Origin: Pachysolen tannophilus NRRL Y-2460
Lineage: Eukaryota
Reading direction: 5' to 3'
DNA length: 64,000 nucleotides
Assembly (NCBI GenBank): GCA_001661245.1
Contig: KV454014.1
Span: 960,892-1,024,891, forward strand
Below the pieces are notes generated by a model. It had not been told where the DNA came from and ran no database searches. It saw only the letters and a list, made by a program, of their open reading frames with translations. The position numbers and the translations under genes are program-made. Below, in pieces: positions 37,880 through 49,165 of this stretch (positions are counted from its first letter, which is position 1; every line of letters starts with the position of its first letter).

Positions 37880-40800
37880 GAATCACCGTTTTCATTTTCT
37901 AATAACTGATTAAAAAGAGCTTCGTAAAAAATAGGATTAACTTTCTCTTTTAGGTTCCTTGAGAACTCCTGGAATATTTGATTTTTTACCAATTCAAAAT
38001 TTTCAAGATTTTCAAGCAGATCAAATTTATTAAACCAATCATCATCAATATTATCACAACTAATATATTTCAGCAAAGAAGCTGTATTCGAAGCGGCCAC
38101 AATAGGCAAAAAACAGTTATTCAATGACTTGCATAATGGACATAAAAATTCGTTTTTATCAAAATTTTCAGGCAATGTTTTTATAATTTGAGTAGATCTT
38201 TTTCTGGATTCCTTGAAGTATTGACTAAAACAAGAATAATGCATCCCATGACAACAACTGGTCACAACACAATTATCTTCAATCAATCCATCGTTACTCG
38301 GAAATGGAGGCCCAATAACAGCTTCTTTTTGTGTTCGATCAATAAAATCATGCCACTTAGAAGAGTATCTTGAATCCTTTTCAAAATCAACATTTTTATG
38401 ATCAAGACTTTCATTGTCAGAAAAGCTTTTCAAAAACCAGTAAGTACTGTCAAACGGAACATTTCTAAATTCAGACGAATTTGATATATAGGAAACAATT
38501 CCAAAAGGCTCATCTTCATCTTTTTTCATTTGACATAATATACAGAGTTCTTCAGGATACTGCCAGCAATCCCCCGAACTGATAAGGCTTGAACAATGTT
38601 CATTACTATCATTTGCATTATCATCTCCACCATCTGTCACATCTGTCATCTCAACATCGCTGGTTTCAGAATTTAAAATGGAATAATTATTTTTAGCTAA
38701 AAATTTATCTTGCCGCCTTTTGAATTTTTCCAATATCTTCTTTTGCCTCATTTGTGCTAGCTTTTTCTTTTTGTTCAACTCATTTTCTTCAGTCTCCATA
38801 AAATTATCAGAAAAATTAGCTGTTAAAAATTTGGGATTGTAATCATCAATAGACTCGCTCATCAAACGCTCAAAATTGAGTGTGGACTTCGAAATAACAC
38901 GGAATATACCCCTGGTAGAGGAGTGGTAACTTTTTAAATACTCTTGGGTTAGTATGCTATAAAGAATACTGATTACTGAGTCATCTGTTAAGTGATTTGA
39001 GCTCAAACCACTGTTCTTCAATGGCTTATCAAATAATAACTTATTGAACTCCTCATCGTAGTTATAAAGACAACAAATATGAAGCAAATGCAAAGCTAAA
39101 TCTAACAATGTATCAGCTTTACTTAACCCTTTATCAAAAACATATTGAAAAGTATTTCTCAAAAACAAGATGAAATAGACACTAGTTGTGAACCTTGCAA
39201 CTTTAAATACTTTGGTTTCTACTTCACTCAAAATTTTTGGCTCCAAATATATTTCATCCATAGGCTTACCAGTTTTCTTATGGATTCTTTCCTTTAAAAC
39301 TTTTATAGCCTCATCTCTTTTGTTCGACGTATAATGAATATAATACGGATCAATTTCTTTGAAATATTCCTCCTTTAGCCTGAACATACCTACATCGTTG
39401 TATGATTTAGGTGGAATGAAATCTGATACTTTATCCAATATATATTCAAATTTTTTCTCTCCTGTTATATGCTCAGGAATATCTGACAATATGGCGCTAA
39501 AACTTAAATGTTTTAGACATAAACAATGAATAACTTCTTTAATTATCCTTGATTCATTAATCTTATCAATAGATTTTTGTGATAAGTGAGAGCCTTCAGT
39601 CAACAAGTTAATGAAAAATAATAGACACTCTTCAACAATATAAGACAACGTATCATCATCGTAGACCGACTTTTTATCTTTGTATGAACCATCTACCCAC
39701 GATATCAATTCCCATCTTAATAATATAGTCGGCGCCGTTACCTCTTTCGGTTGTGAAGAAACAAAACATTGAGTTAAAAATACATCCTTGATGAAACCTG
39801 ACTCTCTTATGGCAGTTTTTCTATAAATTTGTAATTGGTTTCTGACACTAAACCCGTTTCTTACCCAGAAGCCTACCTTAATCTGAGATAATAGAACGAT
39901 GGTTCTAAGTGGGTAATCAAAAATTTGTAATGATGAATTGATAGGTGCATTTCCATAACCATATTTGGTCAAAAAAATAGGATCGATTGGACTAAAAATG
40001 TTTTCTAAATCTTCATTTGTTTCACAAAATTCATTTAATTCAACCAATAACGACAAAAAAGAGTGTAATGGATGAAATAAGCTTACACTTTGCTTGCTGA
40101 CTTCGAATTTTATTAGAGGAATCTTGACTTGTGCAAACTGTACATATTCCATTTTATTGATGAGAACATCACTTATTAATCTGTATTTCTCGGATGAAGG
40201 ATCCAATTCTAAAGAATCACTAGGCCGTGAAACCCTTAGATCCTGAAGGTTGATAAATAAAGCTAGTCTTTTCACCACTAAGTGCACCGAATTTTCAAGT
40301 AACTTTTTATGTTCTGGATTATTTTTATCTAACTTACCACAACATCTTGCGATACTTTCGATAAAATGATTAATCAATGAAACGGAGTGAAAATAGATAG
40401 TATAATCGTTTGACTCATATTCAACATGTTCATCAACAAATCTCTTCATAGTGGGTCTTCCTTGAAACAATAACAATAAATCTACTAATTGATTCAAAAA
40501 AGTACTATTGAAAATACCACTTGCAAGCTCATTTTGGCTTCTAGAGATTATATAAGCCAAATCAAAAAAAATCTGTCCCCATTTCCTATTTTTGAGACAA
40601 TTGAAATCAATGTCATCATCTAAATCGACCGAGTTTGGAAGAGCAACTCTTCCTGTTGTTAAAAATCCATACGCTGTAGCCAATAAAATTGACAACGATC
40701 CATGTTTCACTATCAACGTCGCATTTGAAGGACAAGTAAATAGCTGTGTTGATAAGCTTGCCATTAAAGAGTATTCAGGTTCTCTGTCAACTTTCAAGAA

Positions 40801-42260
40801 CATCTCTGAAATTTGGGGATAAATATCAACATATTGGCAATTCACAATACTTTTAAAGTTTAAATTTGATATTAGAACAAAATTATACATGTCATGCAAG
40901 ATCATTCTTATCGATTTCCAAAACCTAATGTCAAAATACAAGAAGTATTGTAGTCTTGAACCTTTGAAATTTTGTTCTTTATATATATTGGAAATCATTT
41001 CATCAGTATTATAATCACAGTCTTGACATAAATTATCAGGTAAGTCCCATTTAGTATATTTAAAGTTCCAATAAATTGGATTTGATGATGATAGTATTTC
41101 TGGGATCCTGGGTATGAGATTTTGAGAGTCTAGACTTCCTGGACAGTAACTGTCATCAATTTCAGGATCGTATAATTGATTATTTATTCCTCCTTGCCAT
41201 TTTTTAACAAAAGCCTTAGCAACCAAATCTCTGAAAGATTTATATTTTTGGAAAATAGAAGAATTTGTAATGTCTGTGATCCATCTAATTATCTCATCAC
41301 ACATGTCTTCTCTGAAAATATCTCTTCGGCTCCTTATACAACAATCCAATCCTGTAGATGACAAAATTTTTTTTTCTCTAATAGATATTCCAAATTATTT
41401 GAACTGATAACTTTAGCTCTTCCATAATCCTCTACTTCTCTGGTGATCATTTCTGCAAATTCTTTGATTTTCCCTGTGGCAACATGAATTCTTTGAACTG
41501 CATCTTGACGTTGTCTTACATGATCGTTATATAATAGTAAACAGTACTCTTCAGTGTTCACATCTTTAAATCCATACTTGCTTTCCAATAGTGATGAATT
41601 ATTTGAGAAAGCTTCAAGTTTTTCTGGAGTATGTGCTATATCTGAATACATTAAATATGAATTTGCCATTACATCAATTACATAATCCAAAATCACTTCA
41701 AAAGTGTTAAATAATGAATTATAAAACAGTCCAGGTAACTCTTTTTCTTCAATATTACCCTCATGATATTTACAATGAATATCTCGTGTCCACGCTTCAG
41801 GGTCCCCACAATCACAAACACCAGCATTTTCCTTTTGCGATATAGTAATATATATCTGATGACCTTCATGAGCTTCCTCATTAAAACAATTTGAACACAA
41901 AGCACAAGTATCATCTAATCCACACGTTAAACACCTATAAATCGGTTCACTCTGTCTAAATTTCTTGGTACATGGTCTATTTGGATGAGATGGATCTTCC
42001 ATCTTAGAATCATTAATTTGCCAATTAAACCCATCTTTGGCCCCACTATTAATCTTCGACCAATCTAAGCTCTCATATCTCAAACCTGAAAAAAATTCGT
42101 TGATATATTTACCATCATGAGATACACAGAAATATAGCAATCTTCTAATAGACCTAGCTGTATCTTTATTGAACTTATAATTGAACAACTGTGGCAAACA
42201 AATTAAAGACCTTCTTAACTCAGTAGTATCATAAGACTCATACAATTCTAACCCATCCAT
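36379..42260 (-). CDS. UBR-box/RING E3 ubiquitin ligase (Ubr2/Ubr11-like paralogue); one gene split by a frameshift at 41367-41375
   Basis: ORF 41334-42260 carries the UBR box (YRCLTCGLDDTCALC...CDCGDPEAW). ORF 36379-41364 continues it (SRLQYFLYFDIRFWK, GFWVRNG, CILC...CCHGMHYSC...CPLC, APYLD.HGE, GGWETL). One extra A joins them. Confidence 0.9.
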
Positions 42261-42508
42261 TATCTCCTATTGATTCAGATATATATATAGATATATATAT
42301 ATATATATCTATATATACAAATGTATTTATATACAATTGGTTATTGATGATATATTTTATTATGTAAATTTAAGGTAACTTTCCGTCGTCTTTTATTTTT
42401 AAAATTGTTTTTAGCAAATTTTTGTAGAATTAATTCAAATATTGATAAAAACAATTCAATTCGATAATATATAGTTTGCTATCTGTGATCCATTTTATAT
42501 TGAGAGGA

Positions 42509-45500
42509 ATGATGACGAGTATTGAAGAGAATGTTAAGTCATTGAAGGGGACTTTGGCTTCATTGCTGAAGCTCTTTGAATATACAAGAACAGATTCCAA
42601 TAAACTGATTATTAATGATTTGGTAATGCAATTACTTTATTTTACAGCTACAAATGGTGGCAAACATCTACATGATTTGTTTCCGAATAAGAATAATTTT
42701 CCTGATAATGTTTCTGAGATATTAAGAGGTGCTACTGCTCTGGGTCCTTTCCCTAAAATTCTGGATAAATTTTATGTTGATGGGAAAGAAGGTAAATTGA
42801 GCGATATTAATCCGATTCATACTGGAAGACCTTGTTCAAAGAAATTTAAAAAAGGTGAGCCAATTTATAGATGTCATGATTGTGGGTTTGATGATACTTG
42901 CGTCTTGTGTACTTATTGCTTCAACAAGAAAGAACATGAAGGTCATCAGGTGTATGTAAGTATTGCCAGTGCTTCCAATGAGGGAATTTGTGATTGTGGG
43001 GATCCTGAAGCTTGGACAAGAGAATTACATTGTAATTGTGAATATCAAAATACAGGTAAGAAATCCAAGAGAGATGTAGTTGTTGAAGATGATTTAAAAA
43101 TGTCTATAAAGGCTACCATTGATTTGGTATTAAATTTTATTATTGAAGTTATGATTCATACAAATCATACACTTCCCGAAGTGCATAAAAATTTGAAATC
43201 ATCTTCTACATTAAAAGGACTAACTATTGACTTCTCGGATGATGCCAGCTTCCAAGATGTCGAAGATCAAAATAACCGTTCATTTTGTTTAATTTTATGG
43301 AATGATGAGTTCCATAATTATCGTGAAGCAAATGATAGAATTCAAGCGGTTTTGGAATGTGATGAAGGACTTGCACACAGAGTTGCTCTCAATGTAGATA
43401 AAGAAGGAAGAGCCTTATTGAAAAATGAAACAGATATAGACAGTATAATAGACTCTTATTACATCGTCCAAAGGAATGGATTGACTGCAACCATTCATAG
43501 TTCAAGAGATTATTTCAAACAAGAATTAATAAAAGATATTGTTGATTGGTTGACCCAATTTATAAATTTCCCAATTTTCGAAATTCAATCGGTGATTAGG
43601 CAAATATTCTGTGAATCAATGACTGAAGCTTTTGATACCACTAATACTGTAGTACCAACATATTTAAGTTCCATATCATTCAATTTGTCAAAGGAAAAAG
43701 AATGTTTTGAAAGAGGGCTATTGACAGATCAAAATAAGATTCCAAGAGGAGGGTTAACCAAGTTTTCGAAAGATGAATATGCTGTAGGTGACTTAAAAAA
43801 TGCAATTGATAAACTCTTAGTTGCTGATGATAAACCTTTAGCAAATTCAAGACTTCAATATTTGATGTACTTTGATGTCCGTTATTGGAAATCTTTAAGG
43901 AAGGCAATTCACAATATTATAACACCGGTTTTGGTTTCCAATTTGTCATATAAACCAGTTTTTGCTGAACAATTTGTTGAAATTTATCCGCATTTACTTA
44001 ATAACAGAGCATATTTAGACAGAGAGTGGTTATTGAACATTATTCAAGATACTACTGTTCAGTTATTCACTTGTCCTAAAACATCTTTGAACATTTTAGT
44101 TAATGGTAACTTGGGAAGTATTTTAGGTCCAGTGATTCAGTTATTTGAAAAAAATAGAAGCATAACGGAAAACAACGACATAATTTGGAGAAGACGTCCA
44201 ATATTATCACCATCGGATAATATTTCAAGATCTATAATGGCAACTGAAAGTAGATCCTTGAGTGATATCGTTCAGTTGATTGAATGTCCGAATATAAATA
44301 GTTTTAAAGAAGAACACTTGTGCATATTGAAAAATCAAAATTTGGCCTTACTTATTTTGTTATTAGAGAAATTCCAGAGCAATTGGAAGATTAAAAGAAA
44401 AGAAGGAGAACATGTTTTAACTGAATCCACTGAGTTTACAGTATATTTTGAATTGAATTCAATTCTTTATTCTTTAGTTAAAAAGATTGGTCAAATTTTA
44501 TTGAAGGTGAATAAAGAAAACGAAACAAGCAAACAAATTGTCACAAATTCAATTATTTTGTTGAACAATTTTTTACAATTGAACTACAGAAAAGAAAAAA
44601 TTATTGAACAAGGCGATTTTACAGTAATGGATTTTGTTGTTGCCAAAGAAGAGGTTGGATTCATGAACCCTGTGAATTCTTTATTATCTTACGTGCTAGA
44701 ATATTCTAAGTGGACTGATACTGCTATATTGAACGATAAAATTATTTCCTTTAGTTTACAAAGAAACGAGGTTCGTCATCATGATAATAACATTTGTGAT
44801 TTTTTAAGAATTTCTGACATATCTCTAAGAGCTATAGTATTATGCTCTCAAATTAAAAGTGGATTCTGGGTAAGAAACGGGATGTTAGTGGGAAAACAAG
44901 AAGCTTTATATACCGGATCTTTTATGTCAGAAGGCGGATTTTTGAGAGATATTCATTTGGAACAATGCTCGATAATGGTCGAACCTTCTTTGAAAAGGAG
45001 TTTATTCAATTTCTTAGATAGATTTGATTTATTGAACTGGTTTTTAAATAAAGAACAAATCGAGGAAACTAAATATGACGAGAAAGTCTACTATATTATA
45101 GAAGAGCTTATAATTTTCTTTTATGATTTGTTAACGAATAGGTTACCATTCAGATACGAATTAACAGAAGAGCAGAAGGAAGAGCTTAAGATCAAGAATT
45201 TAATCAGCTTCTCCTTATGCCGTGAGCCATTGACTTATTCAAAGTTGACCGAAAACTTTCCCCCAATGGCTTTGGAACATCCTAAATTTTATGATATTTT
45301 ACAAGAAGTGTCTGATTTTTCTCCGCCAAGAGGATTAAGTGATTCTGGTCTTTATAGATTGAAGGACTGGGTATATAAAACTTTGGACCCTTTGAGTGCT
45401 TTTGTAGATTCATCAGATTTTCAGGAAACTGCTAATGCAATCAGGACAGAATTATCAAATCATTCACATGTTAAAGCTGACGATATAGTCTTGCAGCCTC

Positions 45501-48500
45501 GTATTGCTAAATTGGAGTATCCAGGTGTTTTTGAAAATTTCGAAAGGGTTAGCAAATTTTTTAAAACAATGCAATTTGCTAAATTACTTTATAAATTGTT
45601 ACAAGTTTCTGTTGATACTGATAATGAAGGTTTCTTGCCTAATTTGTTACACTTAGTACATGCTATTATTTTGGACGATGAAATATCTAATGGAAAAAAT
45701 CACCAATTACAATCAATAATTGAAATTCCTATTTGCAACTTATTACTAATGATTATAGAATCTCAGAGTATTTCTCAGTCAAACATTAAAAAAGCTGAAG
45801 TAATTCTAGATTTATTATTTCAAAAGGATGAAACTATAATTGAGTCTTCATTAATTGATTGCTTTGGCGAGGAACATATCAAATCTTACAGAAAATCAAA
45901 GCCCAAAAACGGAGAAGCGTCTGAATCGAGAGAAGAAAAAAGAAAGCGGTTAGCTCAACATAGGAGACTGAAGATAATGAAGAAATTTGAGGAGCAGCAG
46001 AGGCAATTTGCAAATAAAAATAAAAAGTTGTTGTCTCCAGAATCTCCAGAATCTTCCAAAGAACGTAATAATAATGCAATTGACAAGGAAGGAGATTCAA
46101 TTATGAAAGATGAATCTGAAGCCGATGAATCTAGTGAAATTAGAACTTGTATTTTATGTCAAATGCCTGAAAATAACGAAGAACTTTTTGGCCTTCCTTG
46201 TTTCATAAATAAGTCTTCAATTTTTTGGAAAGTGCCATTGAATGATTCAGCTGCCATTAAATTAAATTTTAATGAGTGGAATAATCAAAATGCTATAAAT
46301 GACGATGAAATTAATCACGGTAGACGAGTTTTTGATGAAATAAATAACAAAAAGCGCAAGAGAATAGATTCACGAGAATCACACGCCGAGGCATTATTTC
46401 ATCATGAGGCATCTAATCCAACTGAATCTCCTATTGAAGAGCACCAGGATAATAACATAGAAGACGAGGGTTTCCATGATGCTTTAGAACATGTTGAATC
46501 AGACTATGATGATGTAATTAATCTGTACGATGATATTATCGTTGATGAAATCGAATATAATAATAATGATTCAGAAAACGATACACCGATGGGAGAAGGA
46601 ATTGATATTGAAATTGACCACGATAGAGAAGAAGGTCACTCAGTTGAAGATGTTCAAGAAGATTACCAGAACCACACTCAACAAGGTCAATCCGAAACTA
46701 CTGATGGTTCCAATATTAGCAAAGAGTTTGGTAAAAGTGTCGATAAGAGATATGTGATTAGTACTTGTGGTCATGGTATGCATTATAAATGTTTCAACCA
46801 ATATGTGAAAACTGCTATATCATATACGGTTGGATATCAATGTCCACTTTGTCGTACTTTGAGTAATTCATTTATTCCATCGTTTATCAAGCCATCATTA
46901 CCAAAAGAATTTGAAATTGAAGGAGAACCAATTTCAAGTAAATATAATCAGATTGTTGTTCAGAAAAACGGAAAGAATACTGAGAAGATTTGTTCATTAT
47001 TTATAAATGAGCAGTTTTTGCAGAATTTAATAAGACCTTCAGCTATTAAGGATAAATTGTTGAAAGATCTTTGCTTGACTATAAAAGAGAATCAAATTTT
47101 GGAAAAAATTTATAGCGATAAAACTAATTATTTTTCAAATATTCAAAGTTTATCAATATTGATAGGAAATACTATTCAAGTTCATGAAATTACATCAAGA
47201 TTTTTGAGTAAAGATGAAGATTTTAATGAGGTCGAAATATCAAAGACTGATAATACGTTATTGACATCTTTAATTCAATTTAGAACGTTATTAACTTGTT
47301 GTAAAAAAGAGTTAGTTAAGGCTACGGTGACAGAATTGATGGAGTATGAAGTTTTGTGGAAGGAAAAATTTTTACATGTTGGTTTATTTACGGAATTGAT
47401 AATGTTATCATTCCAATGTGACGAGTCATTACAGACATTAATTCAATTTAACGTTACTAAAAATTTCACTATTATATTAACTTCTTTGTTGGATAGATGT
47501 CAAAAAGATGATGGATCAATAACCATTTTGATTTGTGCAAATGGTGATGAATATGATTGCAAAGAAGATTTGACTTTTTTACAAACATTGATTGTTGAAA
47601 AATTTTTTGAGAATAAGAATGAATATTTGCCTGAATTGATTACTTGTATTAAAAGTTACAAATTTAATAATGTACAAAAATCTAAAAATTCATTTTTGGT
47701 TGGTTTATATTTAGCTATAATAAGGTCTATGTTACCATTTTACAGACAATTATATTCTTTTATTAGATTGCTCAAACCTTCATTTAAAATTAAATCTAAT
47801 GATAACAATCATTTAAAGAATAAGAATGATTTAATAATAAGTCAAATGAAGGAAATTTCATCTTATTTAAAAATTGGTACTCTTTGTGAATTATCGGAAA
47901 CTATACTTTCTAATGAATCTAAATTAGAATTTAACGTTTTTGACAACGTACTTCATTCCAAGATTCCTAAATTTAGAGCTAATGGGATTTTAACATTAGA
48001 ATATTCAGGAGTGATTAGGCTTATAGATTTGCCAATGCAATTGGATAAATTTTTAGAAGTTCCACCAGCAGTTTTAAAAAAAACAGATTCAAGAGCAACA
48101 GATTCAGGAGCAACTGTTTCAACATCAAGTGTAACTTCAAATCTGGAAGGCAGTTTATCATATACTTCGAACCCAATTAATTTACAATATTCAATTTGTT
48201 TGTTATGTGGGAATAAAGTTGATCTCAACACTCCTTCAACTTTAACTGACCAGTTAATTAGACATTTTCTTCTTGATTGTGAAAAATCAGCAAGATTATT
48301 ATCAATTTTTTTCAATCCTTTTAAAAATATAATAGTTGTTATATTGAAATTCAATTCTTCAACAAATTTAGTTTCAAAATTTTTACTTCCTTCTCCATAT
48401 TTAAATAGACATGGAGAATCAAATTTTAGAAGAGGAGAATTCAATGGTTTATTAAATGTTAAGAGATTTCACGAATTAAATAAGATGTGGTTAAACCAAG

Positions 48501-48637
48501 GCCTCTACGCTTTCTTAAGTAGAACTGCCATCTGCAGCAGAAACGTTTTACAAGGCGGAGGTATTAACATGGAACAGCTTCCAAATGATGAATTTGACAT
48601 GCTTACAGATCAGGAAGTCGGCTTCATGGAATGGTAA
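42509..48637 (+). CDS. UBR1: N-recognin E3 ubiquitin ligase Ubr1
   Basis: UBR box, intact ClpS motif WNDEFHNY, GFWVRNG, split RING (CILC...CGHGMHYKC...CPLC), SPYLNRHGE; lies upstream of QCR9 on the same strand as S. cerevisiae UBR1; first ATG at 42509. Confidence 0.88.
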   Translation: MMTSIEENVKSLKGTLASLLKLFEYTRTDSNKLIINDLVMQLLYFTATNGGKHLHDLFPNKNNFPDNVSEILRGATALGPFPKILDKFYVDGKEGKLSDINPIHTGRPCSKKFKKGEPIYRCHDCGFDDTCVLCTYCFNKKEHEGHQVYVSIASASNEGICDCGDPEAWTRELHCNCEYQNTGKKSKRDVVVEDDLKMSIKATIDLVLNFIIEVMIHTNHTLPEVHKNLKSSSTLKGLTIDFSDDASFQDVEDQNNRSFCLILWNDEFHNYREANDRIQAVLECDEGLAHRVALNVDKEGRALLKNETDIDSIIDSYYIVQRNGLTATIHSSRDYFKQELIKDIVDWLTQFINFPIFEIQSVIRQIFCESMTEAFDTTNTVVPTYLSSISFNLSKEKECFERGLLTDQNKIPRGGLTKFSKDEYAVGDLKNAIDKLLVADDKPLANSRLQYLMYFDVRYWKSLRKAIHNIITPVLVSNLSYKPVFAEQFVEIYPHLLNNRAYLDREWLLNIIQDTTVQLFTCPKTSLNILVNGNLGSILGPVIQLFEKNRSITENNDIIWRRRPILSPSDNISRSIMATESRSLSDIVQLIECPNINSFKEEHLCILKNQNLALLILLLEKFQSNWKIKRKEGEHVLTESTEFTVYFELNSILYSLVKKIGQILLKVNKENETSKQIVTNSIILLNNFLQLNYRKEKIIEQGDFTVMDFVVAKEEVGFMNPVNSLLSYVLEYSKWTDTAILNDKIISFSLQRNEVRHHDNNICDFLRISDISLRAIVLCSQIKSGFWVRNGMLVGKQEALYTGSFMSEGGFLRDIHLEQCSIMVEPSLKRSLFNFLDRFDLLNWFLNKEQIEETKYDEKVYYIIEELIIFFYDLLTNRLPFRYELTEEQKEELKIKNLISFSLCREPLTYSKLTENFPPMALEHPKFYDILQEVSDFSPPRGLSDSGLYRLKDWVYKTLDPLSAFVDSSDFQETANAIRTELSNHSHVKADDIVLQPRIAKLEYPGVFENFERVSKFFKTMQFAKLLYKLLQVSVDTDNEGFLPNLLHLVHAIILDDEISNGKNHQLQSIIEIPICNLLLMIIESQSISQSNIKKAEVILDLLFQKDETIIESSLIDCFGEEHIKSYRKSKPKNGEASESREEKRKRLAQHRRLKIMKKFEEQQRQFANKNKKLLSPESPESSKERNNNAIDKEGDSIMKDESEADESSEIRTCILCQMPENNEELFGLPCFINKSSIFWKVPLNDSAAIKLNFNEWNNQNAINDDEINHGRRVFDEINNKKRKRIDSRESHAEALFHHEASNPTESPIEEHQDNNIEDEGFHDALEHVESDYDDVINLYDDIIVDEIEYNNNDSENDTPMGEGIDIEIDHDREEGHSVEDVQEDYQNHTQQGQSETTDGSNISKEFGKSVDKRYVISTCGHGMHYKCFNQYVKTAISYTVGYQCPLCRTLSNSFIPSFIKPSLPKEFEIEGEPISSKYNQIVVQKNGKNTEKICSLFINEQFLQNLIRPSAIKDKLLKDLCLTIKENQILEKIYSDKTNYFSNIQSLSILIGNTIQVHEITSRFLSKDEDFNEVEISKTDNTLLTSLIQFRTLLTCCKKELVKATVTELMEYEVLWKEKFLHVGLFTELIMLSFQCDESLQTLIQFNVTKNFTIILTSLLDRCQKDDGSITILICANGDEYDCKEDLTFLQTLIVEKFFENKNEYLPELITCIKSYKFNNVQKSKNSFLVGLYLAIIRSMLPFYRQLYSFIRLLKPSFKIKSNDNNHLKNKNDLIISQMKEISSYLKIGTLCELSETILSNESKLEFNVFDNVLHSKIPKFRANGILTLEYSGVIRLIDLPMQLDKFLEVPPAVLKKTDSRATDSGATVSTSSVTSNLEGSLSYTSNPINLQYSICLLCGNKVDLNTPSTLTDQLIRHFLLDCEKSARLLSIFFNPFKNIIVVILKFNSSTNLVSKFLLPSPYLNRHGESNFRRGEFNGLLNVKRFHELNKMWLNQGLYAFLSRTAICSRNVLQGGGINMEQLPNDEFDMLTDQEVGFMEW

Positions 48638-48701
48638 TGGTTGTAGTAGTATGTAGTAAGTAGTACGGGTTAGTGCCTACTTCCCTTAGTTATTTAATTT
48701 A

Positions 48702-48778
48702 TGTCATCTGTCATTTGTTTTATGTCACTTGTTTTATGTCACTTGTTTTTTGTCGCTTGTCACTTGTCACTTGTCATT
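48702..48778 (+). repeat. Degenerate 7-bp tandem repeat (TGTCACT / TGTTTTA), 11 units
   Basis: TGT recurs exactly every 7 nt from 48702 to 48772. Confidence 0.85.
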
Positions 48779-49011
48779 TCTGGTTCTTTTTTTTTTTATT
48801 TAGTTTTTTACGTCGCGCGTCACGACGTGTTGCTTTGAAAAATTGTGTAGTGCGCTAAAAGCACAATAAATAAAGATTGAAAAAAAAAAAAAAAAAAAAA
48901 AACTGCCAATTTTGTATAACGGTTCTTTAAGCTTTTTTTTAATCTTCTGCCATTTGCCATTTTTATTTTTTTATATTTTTTGTACGGTAACGCGTGTCAC
49001 TAAAGTTCCAG

Positions 49012-49016
49012 CCAAT
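49012..49016 (+). promoter_or_regulatory. CCAAT box (Hap2/3/5) upstream of QCR9
   Basis: AGCCAATCA about 150 bp upstream of a respiratory-chain gene. Confidence 0.55.
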
Positions 49017-49165
49017 CACTTTATGAGAATTGCGGATTATGGAAGGTGAGGAAAAAAAGGTAAAAAAAAAAAAGGTAACAAAATTCTATGAAGAAGAGAT
49101 ATATGAATTAAATTTATTATTTTCAAAATTCTACACTTGAAGATATAATTATAGATAATAGGAAA

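Noticed and set aside
36379..42260. UBR paralogue as a pseudogene
   Set aside because: Only one lesion, in a homopolymer, with no other stops over 5.9 kb.
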